A stretch of DNA of 64,000 nt, taken from NCBI GenBank assembly GCA_944393245.1, contig CALXZM010000004.1, positions 66,942-130,941 on the forward strand, read 5' to 3'. Source of the stretch: an uncultured Alphaproteobacteria bacterium (lineage in GTDB: Bacteria > Pseudomonadota > Alphaproteobacteria > Rs-D84). This document shows, piece by piece, positions 29,660-38,592 of this stretch (its first letter is position 1; each line of letters starts with the position of its first letter). The notes under the pieces were generated by a model. The model worked only from the letters and a program-made list of their open reading frames with translations. It was not told where the DNA came from and made no database searches. Both the position numbers and the translations under genes were made by a program.

Positions 29660-29757
29660 GCCACACTTCGTCAAGACTTCGTGTGGCACTCTTTCGCCTG
29701 TGCGGCTCGTCTGACGTGTGGCGCAGCCACCCGAAGCCTCGCCGAGGCGAAGGGTGG
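29660..29757. repeat. Pair of palindromic hairpins between tRNA-Gly and the GIY-YIG gene
   Basis: gccacac(29660-66)/gtgtggc(29681-87), and ccaccc-gaa-gcctcgccgaggc-gaa-gggtgg overlapping the tRNA CCA. Confidence 0.7.
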
Positions 29758-29828
29758 TGCGGGCGAAGGGAATCGAACCCTCGTCTTCAGCTTGGGAAGC
29801 TGACGTGCTGCCATTATACCACGCCCGC
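29755..29828 (-). tRNA. tRNA-Gly(CCC)
   Basis: GCGGGCGTGGTATAATGGCAGCACGTCAGCTTCCCAAGCTGAAGACGAGGGTTCGATTCCCTTCGCCCGCACCA; anticodon loop TTCCCAA. Confidence 0.96.
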
Positions 29829-29968
29829 AATATGTATGGCCGGATTTTATAACCATGAATGCAAAATGTCCAGCATAAAAATTCATTTGGCTTTTTATTA
29901 TTGATTTTTTGCTTTTTCAGTCCTACCATTTATTCCTGCATGTTATACAACATAAGGGAGTTATAATC

Positions 29969-31222
29969 ATGGCTAATGAAAATATGAATCCGTTAATCGG
30001 TGCCCAGCAACGCGTAAAGGTCGCATGTGAAAAGTTGGGCATGGGTCAGGATGTTTATGAAATTTTAAAATACCCACAACGTATAGTAGAGGTATCAATC
30101 CCTGTAAAAATGGACGACGGTTCCATTCGTGTGTTTACAGGTTTCCGTGCACAGCACAATACTGCGATTGGCCCGTCAAAGGGTGGCGTACGCTTTCATC
30201 CAAATGTTACACGTGATGAAGTCGCGGCGTTGTCTATTTGGATGACGTTTAAGTGTTCCGTGACTGGTATCCCGTATGGCGGTGGCAAAGGCGGAATTAT
30301 CGTTGATCCAAAAGAATTGTCAACCGGCGAACTGGAACGTTTGTGCCGTGGATATGTGGATGCAATTTATCCGATATTGGGCGAAAAGAAAGACGTACCT
30401 GCCCCAGACGTTAACACCAATGGCCAGATTATGGCATGGATGATTGATGAATATATCAAATTATCCGGCGACGCATCGTTTGGTACATTTACTGGTAAAC
30501 CTGTTGAATTGGCCGGGTCCAAGGGACGTAATGCCGCCACGGGTTTGGGCATTTCCATCATTATCGCCCAGGCATTAAAAAAGCAAGGCAAAGATATGCG
30601 TGGTGCACGTATTGCTATTCAGGGCTTTGGCAATGTCGGCAGTTTTACTGCAAAATGCAGCAGCGATATGGGGGCCAAAATTGTTGCAATCGCCGAATGG
30701 AATACAATACTGTTTAATGAAAACGGTTTGGACATCAATGCGTTAATGCAATACAAGGCCGACAACAAGGGCAGTATCAAGGGATTCCCAGATGCGTCTG
30801 AAATTTCATTAGAACAATTCTGGGGGTTGGATGTTGATGTATTGTCACCATGTGCAATGGAAAACACCATCAACAAGGATACCGCACCGTTAATCAAAAC
30901 AAAATTGGTTGTAGAAGGCGCAAATGGCCCAACAACATTAGAAGGCGAAGAAATATTGCTGAACAATGGCGTTACTGTTGTGCCTGATATTTTGGCCAAT
31001 GCGGGTGGTGTTACCGTTTCGTATTTTGAATGGGTACAAAATCGCTATGGATATTATTGGGAAGAAGACGAAGTCCAACAGAAAGAAGAAGTAGCGATGA
31101 AAAACGCATTTGATGCAATTTATAAAATCAAAGAAGAATATAATGTATCAATGCGTGAAGCCGCATATATGCACTCTATTAAGCGTATTGCCGCTGCAAT
31201 GAAATTGCGTGGTTGGTGCTAA
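29969..31222 (+). CDS. gdhA: Glutamate dehydrogenase (Glu/Leu/Phe/Val dehydrogenase family)
   Basis: GPSKGGVRFHP, GGGKGG, PAPDVNT, GFGNVG, EGANGPTT, GGVTVSYFEWVQN. RBS aagggag before ATG 29969. Confidence 0.95.
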   Translation: MANENMNPLIGAQQRVKVACEKLGMGQDVYEILKYPQRIVEVSIPVKMDDGSIRVFTGFRAQHNTAIGPSKGGVRFHPNVTRDEVAALSIWMTFKCSVTGIPYGGGKGGIIVDPKELSTGELERLCRGYVDAIYPILGEKKDVPAPDVNTNGQIMAWMIDEYIKLSGDASFGTFTGKPVELAGSKGRNAATGLGISIIIAQALKKQGKDMRGARIAIQGFGNVGSFTAKCSSDMGAKIVAIAEWNTILFNENGLDINALMQYKADNKGSIKGFPDASEISLEQFWGLDVDVLSPCAMENTINKDTAPLIKTKLVVEGANGPTTLEGEEILLNNGVTVVPDILANAGGVTVSYFEWVQNRYGYYWEEDEVQQKEEVAMKNAFDAIYKIKEEYNVSMREAAYMHSIKRIAAAMKLRGWC

Positions 31223-31239
31223 AAAAATAAATACGCATA

Positions 31240-31270
31240 ATAAAAAATCCCCAAATTTGGGGATTTTTTA
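31240..31270. terminator. Bidirectional terminator
   Basis: aaaaaatcccca-aatt-tggggatttttt. Confidence 0.8.
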
Positions 31271-31286
31271 TTTAAATGAATGATTG

Positions 31287-31697
31287 TTATTCTGAACATA
31301 CCTCTACGGCATAAAATTCTGTTTCCATGTCGGCGGCAGTGCCACAGAACAAACGGAAATTGCACTTGTTTTCAGGCGTGTTCATCGATGCCATCGTGTT
31401 GTCCGGTATTATGTTCAACAGGCATGTTCCTTCGGCTGCATATTGGGCAGGATTGTCAATAGACAGAAATGTAACGGTTTTTTTCTTGGATGCGATTTTT
31501 GTCAGCGCATCTGTGGCCGGCAAAGATATGATGTAATCACCGCCCTGGCCCAATGCAACAATAGAAATTGGTGCATCGTTACTGGATGATTTTTGAATTT
31601 CAGTATTAATTGTTACATAATCTTCGGGGGTGGCCAGATTGTCGCCACATGCCGCCAATGCAACCGCGGTCAATGCCAATAATGACAGTTTTTTCAT
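31287..31697 (-). CDS. Lipoprotein of unknown function
   Basis: MKKLSLLALTAVALAAC lipobox; RBS aggag. Confidence 0.85.
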   Translation of the reverse strand: MKKLSLLALTAVALAACGDNLATPEDYVTINTEIQKSSSNDAPISIVALGQGGDYIISLPATDALTKIASKKKTVTFLSIDNPAQYAAEGTCLLNIIPDNTMASMNTPENKCNFRLFCGTAADMETEFYAVEVCSE

Positions 31698-31955
31698 GAT
31701 TTTTCTCCTTTGTGTTATGTTTTGGCTGTATTTAGTATACCATAAAAAATAAATAAGCCATGTAAATTTTTATAAAATATTTGACTTTTGTGGTTTTATA
31801 ATTCATACTGTATGTCGCAAATCCCAAAGATTGCCATTTAAATTACCCCAGTACGCGGTTGGCGTATGGTACATCATCCGACGAGTGTTCGTCTTTGATG
31901 TCGGTTTTCTTTGTGGAAAAAGTTTGTTGTTAAGTTATAACCAAGGAGCAAAATT

Positions 31956-32408
31956 ATGGCAACAGTTATCAGATTGGCGCGTTTCGGTGCAAAAAAACGC
32001 CCTTATTATCACGTTGTTGTTACAGATTCACGTAACGCGCGTAATTCAGGCAACGTTTTGGCAACAGTGGGTAAATATAACCCGATGTTGGCACGTGATG
32101 ATGAAAAACGTGTTATATTGAATGTCGATGAAATCAAAGAATGGATGGCCAAGGGTGCAAAACCATCTGATCGTGTTTATCGTTTCCTGGCCAAGGCTGG
32201 TCTGGTTGCGGAACGCAAAATACCAAATCAGACAAAGAAAAATCTGCAATCTGAAAAAACGCAGATGAAAATCAAAGACAAACAAGAAAAACTGGCCAAA
32301 ATAGCCGAAGAAAAAGCAGCGGCCGAAGCCGCCGCCAAGGCCGCAGCCGAAACCCCAGCAGAAGAATCTGCGCCGGCAGAGGCCCCAGCGGAAACTGTTG
32401 CTGAATAA
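31956..32408 (+). CDS. rpsP: 30S ribosomal protein S16
   Basis: [26 protein letters not shown]...GKYNP; long Ala/Glu tail. Confidence 0.98.
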   Translation: MATVIRLARFGAKKRPYYHVVVTDSRNARNSGNVLATVGKYNPMLARDDEKRVILNVDEIKEWMAKGAKPSDRVYRFLAKAGLVAERKIPNQTKKNLQSEKTQMKIKDKQEKLAKIAEEKAAAEAAAKAAAETPAEESAPAEAPAETVAE

Positions 32409-32467
32409 TTTTGCAATGCCCGGGCGCGTCCCGGGCATATGTTTGTTTGATTGTGGGGGTATGTCAG

Positions 32468-32656
32468 ATGGCACGCTGTCCGTATGATTCAAGAATAAAA
32501 TGTGGATATTTGTATCGAGAGGCTGAGTTGATGCGGCAATTTGAACGCCTTTTGCCAAATCAATTACATAAAAAGTGTTTTGACGGGGTTGAATGCCCTG
32601 TTAAATCTGACTTGTGCGCGCGTTTGTCCCGGGGAACGTTGCAAAAACAACGATGA
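32468..32656 (+). CDS. Small Cys-rich hypothetical protein (62 aa)
   Basis: G-rich RBS, MARCPYDSRIKC...CFDGVECPVKSDLC; stop overlaps rimM ATGA. Confidence 0.6.
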   Translation: MARCPYDSRIKCGYLYREAELMRQFERLLPNQLHKKCFDGVECPVKSDLCARLSRGTLQKQR

Positions 32657-33147
32657 ATGTGTATAATAATAAACAAATGAACAACAGTGACCAGATTTTA
32701 GTCGGTAAAATTGTCGCGCCCCAAGGAATCCGTGGCGACGTTCGGGTGCAAACGTATACGGCCCATCCGAATGATTTACAAAAATTGGTCCTGTACAGTC
32801 CAGGTATTGCAGATGGTGCGTTTCATTTTATTCGGCAATTAAAACCAGGATCATCAATGATTGTTGCGCATATCGATGGAACAAATGACCGTAATGCCGC
32901 AGAATTATTACGTGGCGTGGAATTGTTTATAAATCGTGCTGATTTGCCTGCCCTGCCCGATGGTGAATATTATCATGCTGACTTAATAGGTATGCGGGTT
33001 GTTCGCGATGGTTTGACAATTGGTGTGGTTGATAATATACAAAATTATGGCGGTGGGGATATTTTGGAATTGGATAATGGTGATATGATTGCATTTGGTC
33101 GGGTAAATGTGGATTTACAGAACCGTGTAATTTATATAAATGAATAA
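32653..33147 (+). CDS. rimM: Ribosome maturation factor RimM
   Basis: VGKIVAPQGIRGDVRV, DRNAAELLRG, LP.GEYYHADLIG and NYGGGDILE; start 32653 or 32677. Confidence 0.95.
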   Translation: MNVYNNKQMNNSDQILVGKIVAPQGIRGDVRVQTYTAHPNDLQKLVLYSPGIADGAFHFIRQLKPGSSMIVAHIDGTNDRNAAELLRGVELFINRADLPALPDGEYYHADLIGMRVVRDGLTIGVVDNIQNYGGGDILELDNGDMIAFGRVNVDLQNRVIYINE

Positions 33148-33164
33148 TTTTTAAGGGGATAAAA

Positions 33165-33521
33165 ATGATGTCCAGGGCATTTGTATTAGAATCAAATCAA
33201 TATTCTTGTGTGTATTTACCCAAAATGCCAACGGTGCGCAAAGGTGAACGTTATGGCCCGTGTGTTTATATGTGTACACAATTTATGGAATATCCTGTTG
33301 ACCAATGGGGACGCAGGGTTATTCCCGCCGACGCGGTATGTCCGTATGTAAAAGAATGTGACGGGTTGCCTGTGCGGTGCAACGGGCAATATGTTTGGTA
33401 TAATGGCAATATAATTGAGAGTCTGTACAGATATGCCCCCGTGTCATGCGTGATTAATTCCGAATCAGACAGGCAAAGGTTGATTGCAGACGCAGCAAAA
33501 AGGAACCAAAATGGCAGATAA
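33165..33521 (+). CDS. Cys-rich hypothetical protein (118 aa)
   Basis: RBS aagggga; seven Cys; overlaps the next ORF. Confidence 0.7.
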   Translation: MMSRAFVLESNQYSCVYLPKMPTVRKGERYGPCVYMCTQFMEYPVDQWGRRVIPADAVCPYVKECDGLPVRCNGQYVWYNGNIIESLYRYAPVSCVINSESDRQRLIADAAKRNQNGR

Positions 33522-33777
33522 ACAACATCGTATGTTGGTGTTTTTTAAAATTGGGGATTATGGGTATAAAGACGTTGTTGCCGTGTGTGCCGATAATACG
33601 TCGTGTCCTGTGTTTGATTTGTTGGATGCATGTAAAACATATTATGCAACATACCGTCATGTGCCGAACAGGTTACGCGCAGTCAGTGTCGCGACACTGA
33701 AAGACAAAAACGCAACAAACAGCATGATAACATTAACTGAATATGTGTGTAAAAATTGTAAAAACAGGATTCGTTAA
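33511..33777 (+). CDS. Cys-rich hypothetical protein (88 aa)
   Basis: RBS aagga, MADKQHR...YVCKNCKNRIR; ends 3 nt before trmD. Confidence 0.7.
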   Translation: MADKQHRMLVFFKIGDYGYKDVVAVCADNTSCPVFDLLDACKTYYATYRHVPNRLRAVSVATLKDKNATNSMITLTEYVCKNCKNRIR

Positions 33778-33780
33778 TAT

Positions 33781-34461
33781 ATGCACTTTAACGTATTGAC
33801 TATTTTTCCAGAAATGTTTCCTGGCACTTTGGGTGGCGGGGTGGTTGGTCGTGCGTTAAATCGCGGAATATGGTCATATGACGCGATAAACATTCGTGAT
33901 TTCGCGCATGACAATTACGGCAGTGTTGATGACGAACAATTTGGTGGTGGTGTTGGCCAGGTTATGCGCGCAGACGTGTTGGGCGACGCACTGGATTCGG
34001 TTAAAAATCGCGGTAAAATAATTTATTTTTCACCACGTGGCCCACAATTAACACAAAAAATGGTACGTGAATTTGCAAGTGCGCCAGACGGTGTTTTTAC
34101 ATTGCTGTGTGGCCGATACGAGGGTATTGATCAACGAATCATCGATGAATATGATATAATGGAATTATCCATTGGCGATTATATACTGTCGGGCGGTGAA
34201 ATCGCCGCGCAAGTTTTTATTGACAGCGTCGTTCGCGTGATGGATAATGTGTTGGGTGGTGGCGCAGATGCCACACTGAATGAAAGTTTTGAAATCGGGG
34301 GGTTGGAATGGCCGTTATACACCCGCCCGTCGGCATGGCGTGGACGTAATGTCCCAGAAGTCCTGCTGTCCGGTCACCACGGCAATATAGAACGGTGGCG
34401 GAAACAACAATCGGACGAAATAACAAAAAAACGTCGTCCGGATTTGATAAAGGAAAAGTAA
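33781..34461 (+). CDS. trmD: tRNA (guanine-N1)-methyltransferase
   Basis: [38 protein letters not shown] and [10 protein letters not shown] motifs. Confidence 0.98.
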   Translation: MHFNVLTIFPEMFPGTLGGGVVGRALNRGIWSYDAINIRDFAHDNYGSVDDEQFGGGVGQVMRADVLGDALDSVKNRGKIIYFSPRGPQLTQKMVREFASAPDGVFTLLCGRYEGIDQRIIDEYDIMELSIGDYILSGGEIAAQVFIDSVVRVMDNVLGGGADATLNESFEIGGLEWPLYTRPSAWRGRNVPEVLLSGHHGNIERWRKQQSDEITKKRRPDLIKEK

Positions 34462-34463
34462 AA

Positions 34464-34871
34464 ATGAGTATCATTAAAAAAATTGAACAGGCCCAGGTCG
34501 AAAAACTGAAAAGTGGCAAAAATATCCCTGATTTTAAGTCTGGGGATACTGTAAAGGTTCACGTCAAAATCAAAGATGGTGACAAATTCCGCATTCAGGT
34601 ATTCGAAGGCGTTGTTATCGCACGTGACGGCGGCAATGGTAATAATGCATCTTTTACCGTGCGTCGTGAATCATACGGTGTTGGTGTGGAACGTAAATTC
34701 CCGCTGTACAGCCCTGCGATTGATAAAATCGAAAAGGTTCGCACCGGTAAAGTTCGTCGTGCAAAATTGTTCTTTCTGCGTGGGTTGTCTGGTAAAAAGG
34801 CACGTATTGTTGAAGATTTGTCCGCCACAGCCGCAGAAAAGGCAGAAAAAAGCGCGTCAGATAATAAATAA
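34464..34871 (+). CDS. rplS: 50S ribosomal protein L19
   Basis: [15 protein letters not shown]...[10 protein letters not shown]...[15 protein letters not shown]. Confidence 0.98.
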   Translation: MSIIKKIEQAQVEKLKSGKNIPDFKSGDTVKVHVKIKDGDKFRIQVFEGVVIARDGGNGNNASFTVRRESYGVGVERKFPLYSPAIDKIEKVRTGKVRRAKLFFLRGLSGKKARIVEDLSATAAEKAEKSASDNK

Positions 34872-34890
34872 TATTTATTATTATGACACA

Positions 34891-34921
34891 AAAGACCCGC
34901 GTAAAATGCGGGTCTTGTTTT
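34891..34921 (+). terminator. Terminator after rplS
   Basis: aagacccgc-gtaaaat-gcgggtcttgttttt. Confidence 0.75.
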
Positions 34922-34984
34922 TGATAAAATTTGTCCGAATTTAATGGTTTGACTTTATACCATGCCAATTGTACAATACCAACC

Positions 34985-35338
34985 ATGAAAAAAGTATTCG
35001 CAATTGTTTTTTGCACTGTGATTGCCATGTTGTCTGAATGTGCAAATGCATACGTTGATCGCACAAATGCAATTATTAGAATTATGGATAAAACCGCTGG
35101 CAAGGTGCAAAATGTTACCCTGCCCGTTGGACAGACGGCACAGTATGGAAAATTGAATATGACGGTGCGTGCGTGCAAACAAACCGACCCGTTTGATGCA
35201 GAAGATTTCTTTATGTTCATAGAAATTGATAAATCAGATGATGGTAAAATTTTTAGCGGTTGGATGAGTGCAAATGAACCCGGGGATAATCCGCTGCAAA
35301 ATGCCGATTATGATGTTTGGTTGGTAAAATGTGAATAA
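34985..35338 (+). CDS. DUF2155-domain periplasmic protein
   Basis: Signal peptide; MDKTAG..., FSGWMSA.EP..NPLQ..DYDVWLVKC. Confidence 0.85.
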   Translation: MKKVFAIVFCTVIAMLSECANAYVDRTNAIIRIMDKTAGKVQNVTLPVGQTAQYGKLNMTVRACKQTDPFDAEDFFMFIEIDKSDDGKIFSGWMSANEPGDNPLQNADYDVWLVKCE

Positions 35339-35340
35339 TT

Positions 35341-35661
35341 GTGGGGTATGCCAGAATGGTATCTGTGAAAAAAATTTTGAAAATCATCATCGGGGTTGCG
35401 GTATTGATATTGGCGGTGGTTGTATTCTTTTTTGCCGAACAATCCAGTGATTTAGAAAATGGGGATTTGAAAAAATGGCGCAGTGCGGATTTTAATCGGC
35501 GCATGGCGGCGGCACAAATACTGACCGCGTCCGATGAAAATTTGGATTTGTTGGTTCAATGTGTGGATAAAATGGCAACATTGCCGGAATCTGGGGATTT
35601 TGCTGTGCGTGACGCTGTGGCATTGTGTTATACTGGTATTCAGGTTAATCAAAACAACTGA
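35341..35661 (+). CDS. Small membrane-anchored hypothetical protein
   Basis: N-terminal TM helix; operon position. Confidence 0.65.
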   Translation: MGYARMVSVKKILKIIIGVAVLILAVVVFFFAEQSSDLENGDLKKWRSADFNRRMAAAQILTASDENLDLLVQCVDKMATLPESGDFAVRDAVALCYTGIQVNQNN

Positions 35662-35671
35662 TTTGTTTACA

Positions 35672-36367
35672 ATGAAATGGATGGCACTGTTTGTTTTTCT
35701 GGTTGCGTGTTCGGTGCCTGAATCACATAAATATGATATTGGAACAGAATATGTCGGCGTGCCGTATGTGGCCGACCCGTTGGGTGAAGAAATGCCCCCT
35801 GATACAGACCCGTTGATGCGCGTTGATGCGTTTGATTGTACAACGTTTGTTGAAACGGCTGTGGCTGGAGGTGATGTGGAAAAATTAACACGTATCAGGT
35901 ATAAAAATGGCAATATTGGTTTTTCTGCACGTAATCATTTTATTGAAACAGATTGGTTGGCCAATAATGCAGATTTTGTAACAGATGTTACCGCACAATA
36001 TGGCAAAACCGCCGTTCGCCATGTTGTTATTGATAAACAGAACTGGTTTAGGGTCGTACATAATATCGATTCAGACGCCCCAATTCAAACAGTTGATTTA
36101 AATTATATACCATATGAAAACCTGGGGCATATTACGACGTCTGAACCACTAATAGTTTTATTTATTGATGACAAATCAAAAATTAGTGATAAAATAGGCA
36201 CTGATTTGGCGGTTAAACACATGGGGTTTTTACTGCCAAACGGAACATTTAGGCATGCTTCGTCACAATATGGGCGTGTAATAGATGTTGATTTTGATGA
36301 ATATGTTGCACGTCGGGCAAGTGGCACAAACGCATTGGGGATAATGTTGGTGAAGATAAATGACTGA
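35672..36367 (+). CDS. DUF1460-like (NlpC/P60-fold amidase) lipoprotein
   Basis: Lipobox (FVFLVAC), GVPY...LGE, FDCTTFVET, RNHF..W, HMG and HASS motifs. Confidence 0.85.
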   Translation: MKWMALFVFLVACSVPESHKYDIGTEYVGVPYVADPLGEEMPPDTDPLMRVDAFDCTTFVETAVAGGDVEKLTRIRYKNGNIGFSARNHFIETDWLANNADFVTDVTAQYGKTAVRHVVIDKQNWFRVVHNIDSDAPIQTVDLNYIPYENLGHITTSEPLIVLFIDDKSKISDKIGTDLAVKHMGFLLPNGTFRHASSQYGRVIDVDFDEYVARRASGTNALGIMLVKIND

Positions 36368-37493
36368 TGAAAAAATAATTCGTATGGATATGGGCGATTT
36401 GTGTGGTGTTGCAAATGACGCTGACGATACGGCGCGCCCCGTGTTATGTTTGGGCATAGAATCGTCATGTGATGAAACATCGGCCGCCATTGTCGATTCC
36501 AACAGAAATATTTTATCGCATATAATTTATTCACAAATTCCAGAACATCAAAAATACGGCGGGGTTGTGCCTGAATTGGCGGCACGTGCGCACATATTGG
36601 CAATTGACGATGTTATTCGGCAAACGTTGGCCAAGGCCGGAAAAAGCATATCTGATATTGATGTTATTGCCGCCACTGCCGGACCCGGGTTAATTGGGGG
36701 TGTGTTAATTGGGTGGATGGCCGCAACTGGAATTGCCCAGGCCACTGGTAAACCATTGGTTGCCGTTAATCATTTAGAAGGCCACGCCCTGGTCCCGCGT
36801 TTACATGCCGCTGTGGCAAATGGTACTGATGGTGCGGTGTCGGTTGATTTCCCATATTTATTAATGTTGGCATCGGGTGGACATTGTCAGATTTTATTAG
36901 TGCGCGGCGTCGGTCAATATGAAATGATTGGCCAAACTTTGGATGACAGTGCCGGTGAAGCATTTGATAAAGTTGCAAAAATGTTGGGGTTGGGTTATCC
37001 AGGTGGTCCAATAGTTGACAAGCGTGCCGCAAACGGTAATCCACGCGCATTTAAATTTCCGCGGCCATTGTGTGACAAGCCTGGATGTGATTTTTCATTC
37101 AGTGGAATTAAAACAGCGGCACGAACATTCTTGTCACGGGTTGATGCGCCGTATTCTGATGATTTTATAAATGATTTTTGTGCTTCATTTCAGGCGGCAG
37201 TTGTTGATTGTATCATAGATCGCCTGGGGAATGCATTGGCAGATGAACGTGTTATTGCCGCATCCCCACAGACTTTGGTTGTGGCGGGTGGCGTTGCAAA
37301 AAACAGTGCTGTACGCAGCGCAATGGAAACGTTGGCCCAACGCCATAATATAACATTTGCTGCGCCACCAATGAATTTATGTACTGACAATGGCGCAATG
37401 ATTGCATGGGCCGGATTGGAAAACTATAAATTGGGACGTGTGGTCACCGAACCAGTTGCACCGCGGCCACGTTGGCCACTGACAGAATTATAA
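36360..37493 (+). CDS. tsaD: t6A synthase subunit TsaD
   Basis: LGIESSCDETSAA, GGVVPELAARAH, VNHLEGH, SGGH, DDSAGEAFDK and CTDNGAMIA motifs. Confidence 0.98.
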   Translation: MTDEKIIRMDMGDLCGVANDADDTARPVLCLGIESSCDETSAAIVDSNRNILSHIIYSQIPEHQKYGGVVPELAARAHILAIDDVIRQTLAKAGKSISDIDVIAATAGPGLIGGVLIGWMAATGIAQATGKPLVAVNHLEGHALVPRLHAAVANGTDGAVSVDFPYLLMLASGGHCQILLVRGVGQYEMIGQTLDDSAGEAFDKVAKMLGLGYPGGPIVDKRAANGNPRAFKFPRPLCDKPGCDFSFSGIKTAARTFLSRVDAPYSDDFINDFCASFQAAVVDCIIDRLGNALADERVIAASPQTLVVAGGVAKNSAVRSAMETLAQRHNITFAAPPMNLCTDNGAMIAWAGLENYKLGRVVTEPVAPRPRWPLTEL

Positions 37494-37507
37494 AAAGGGG
37501 CATTTAT

Positions 37508-38047
37508 ATGATAACCTATGACGTGGCGACAAAACAATTACAACACCAGGTGGAAAAAATGACTCTGCCCCAGGGGTTTAAGCCACTGCACGACATGGGT
37601 AAAACGGTGTATCGTTTCCGGCAGGCTTTTCAAAATCCAAACATTCGTATAAAAACAATTTCACAAAAATATGAACAGACGCGTGTTGCCCAGGGCCGAT
37701 ATTCAGCCGGCTTTTGTGGTATTGCCAGTTATACGTGGAATCATTTGTTTCGTATGCCAGACGGTTCAGAGGTTTGGCGAATGAAAATGATATCTAATGA
37801 TATGGGGTATAAATTAAATCATGTGTGGTTGGAAAACGTTTTTACTGGCGAACCGTTGGATTTGACATTTGACCAATTTATTGATGCCCATGGGCGTTGT
37901 TTGGAATTGCCATATTCTGAAATTGGCGAATATGTCAGCAGTGATTTTCTGTTTCAGCGCGCATGTGTGTTCGCCAAACATCTGGGAATTCAATTGGATG
38001 GTATAGTTGTGGAAAATGCACTGCATTTAATTGCGCGTGGCAGATAA
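37508..38047 (+). CDS. Hypothetical protein, putative papain/transglutaminase-like fold (paralog 1)
   Basis: GFCGIAS...NHVWLEN...PLDLTFDQF...PY pattern. Confidence 0.7.
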   Translation: MITYDVATKQLQHQVEKMTLPQGFKPLHDMGKTVYRFRQAFQNPNIRIKTISQKYEQTRVAQGRYSAGFCGIASYTWNHLFRMPDGSEVWRMKMISNDMGYKLNHVWLENVFTGEPLDLTFDQFIDAHGRCLELPYSEIGEYVSSDFLFQRACVFAKHLGIQLDGIVVENALHLIARGR

Positions 38048-38087
38048 ACTTGTTTTTAATCGCAGTTATGGTATAATCATTAGCACT

Positions 38088-38588
38088 ATGGATAACAATG
38101 AATATATAAAAAAATACGATGCTGCCACACGTCGCGTATTGGAATTGGCCAGTAATATAGACAGTTTTGCTTTGCGTGAATTTGATGCGCAATATAGGCT
38201 GACTGATATTACGTATGTGTTGCGTAAAAAATTCAAAGATCATCTGTTTCGCGACAGATATGTTGGTAATTTGCCCTTTATGGGTTTTGTCCCCTATCCC
38301 AAGGGTTTTTGTGCACTGTCGACAATATGTATTTATAATTTATATGGTGGCGATGAAATATGGACGCCATCGGCGATTAAGTTGGGCGCGTGGGAACATG
38401 CGCCGGTGGTGTTTCTGCGCGACAGAATGTTTGATACCCCATTTGATGTTACTGGCGACCAATTTGCACCACTGCGTGTGCCATATGAATTGGGCGAACC
38501 GATAAACAGGCGTATGCGCGATATGAAAACGCCAAACAAAGAAAAGTTTTTGGCAGAAATCAAGAAAGAATTAGATGGACGTTATTAA
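38088..38588 (+). CDS. Hypothetical protein, paralog 2 of the preceding gene
   Basis: GFCALST...EIW...PFDVTGDQF...PY.LG pattern. Confidence 0.7.
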   Translation: MDNNEYIKKYDAATRRVLELASNIDSFALREFDAQYRLTDITYVLRKKFKDHLFRDRYVGNLPFMGFVPYPKGFCALSTICIYNLYGGDEIWTPSAIKLGAWEHAPVVFLRDRMFDTPFDVTGDQFAPLRVPYELGEPINRRMRDMKTPNKEKFLAEIKKELDGRY

Positions 38589-38592
38589 TACA

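Noticed and set aside
29657-29929. Several 70-90 aa ORFs around tRNA-Gly
   Set aside because: They overlap the tRNA and hairpins and have no protein-like features.
31810-31950. Small hairpins and short ORF in the rpsP leader
   Set aside because: Could be an autoregulatory leader, but a single copy with weak stems gives no support.
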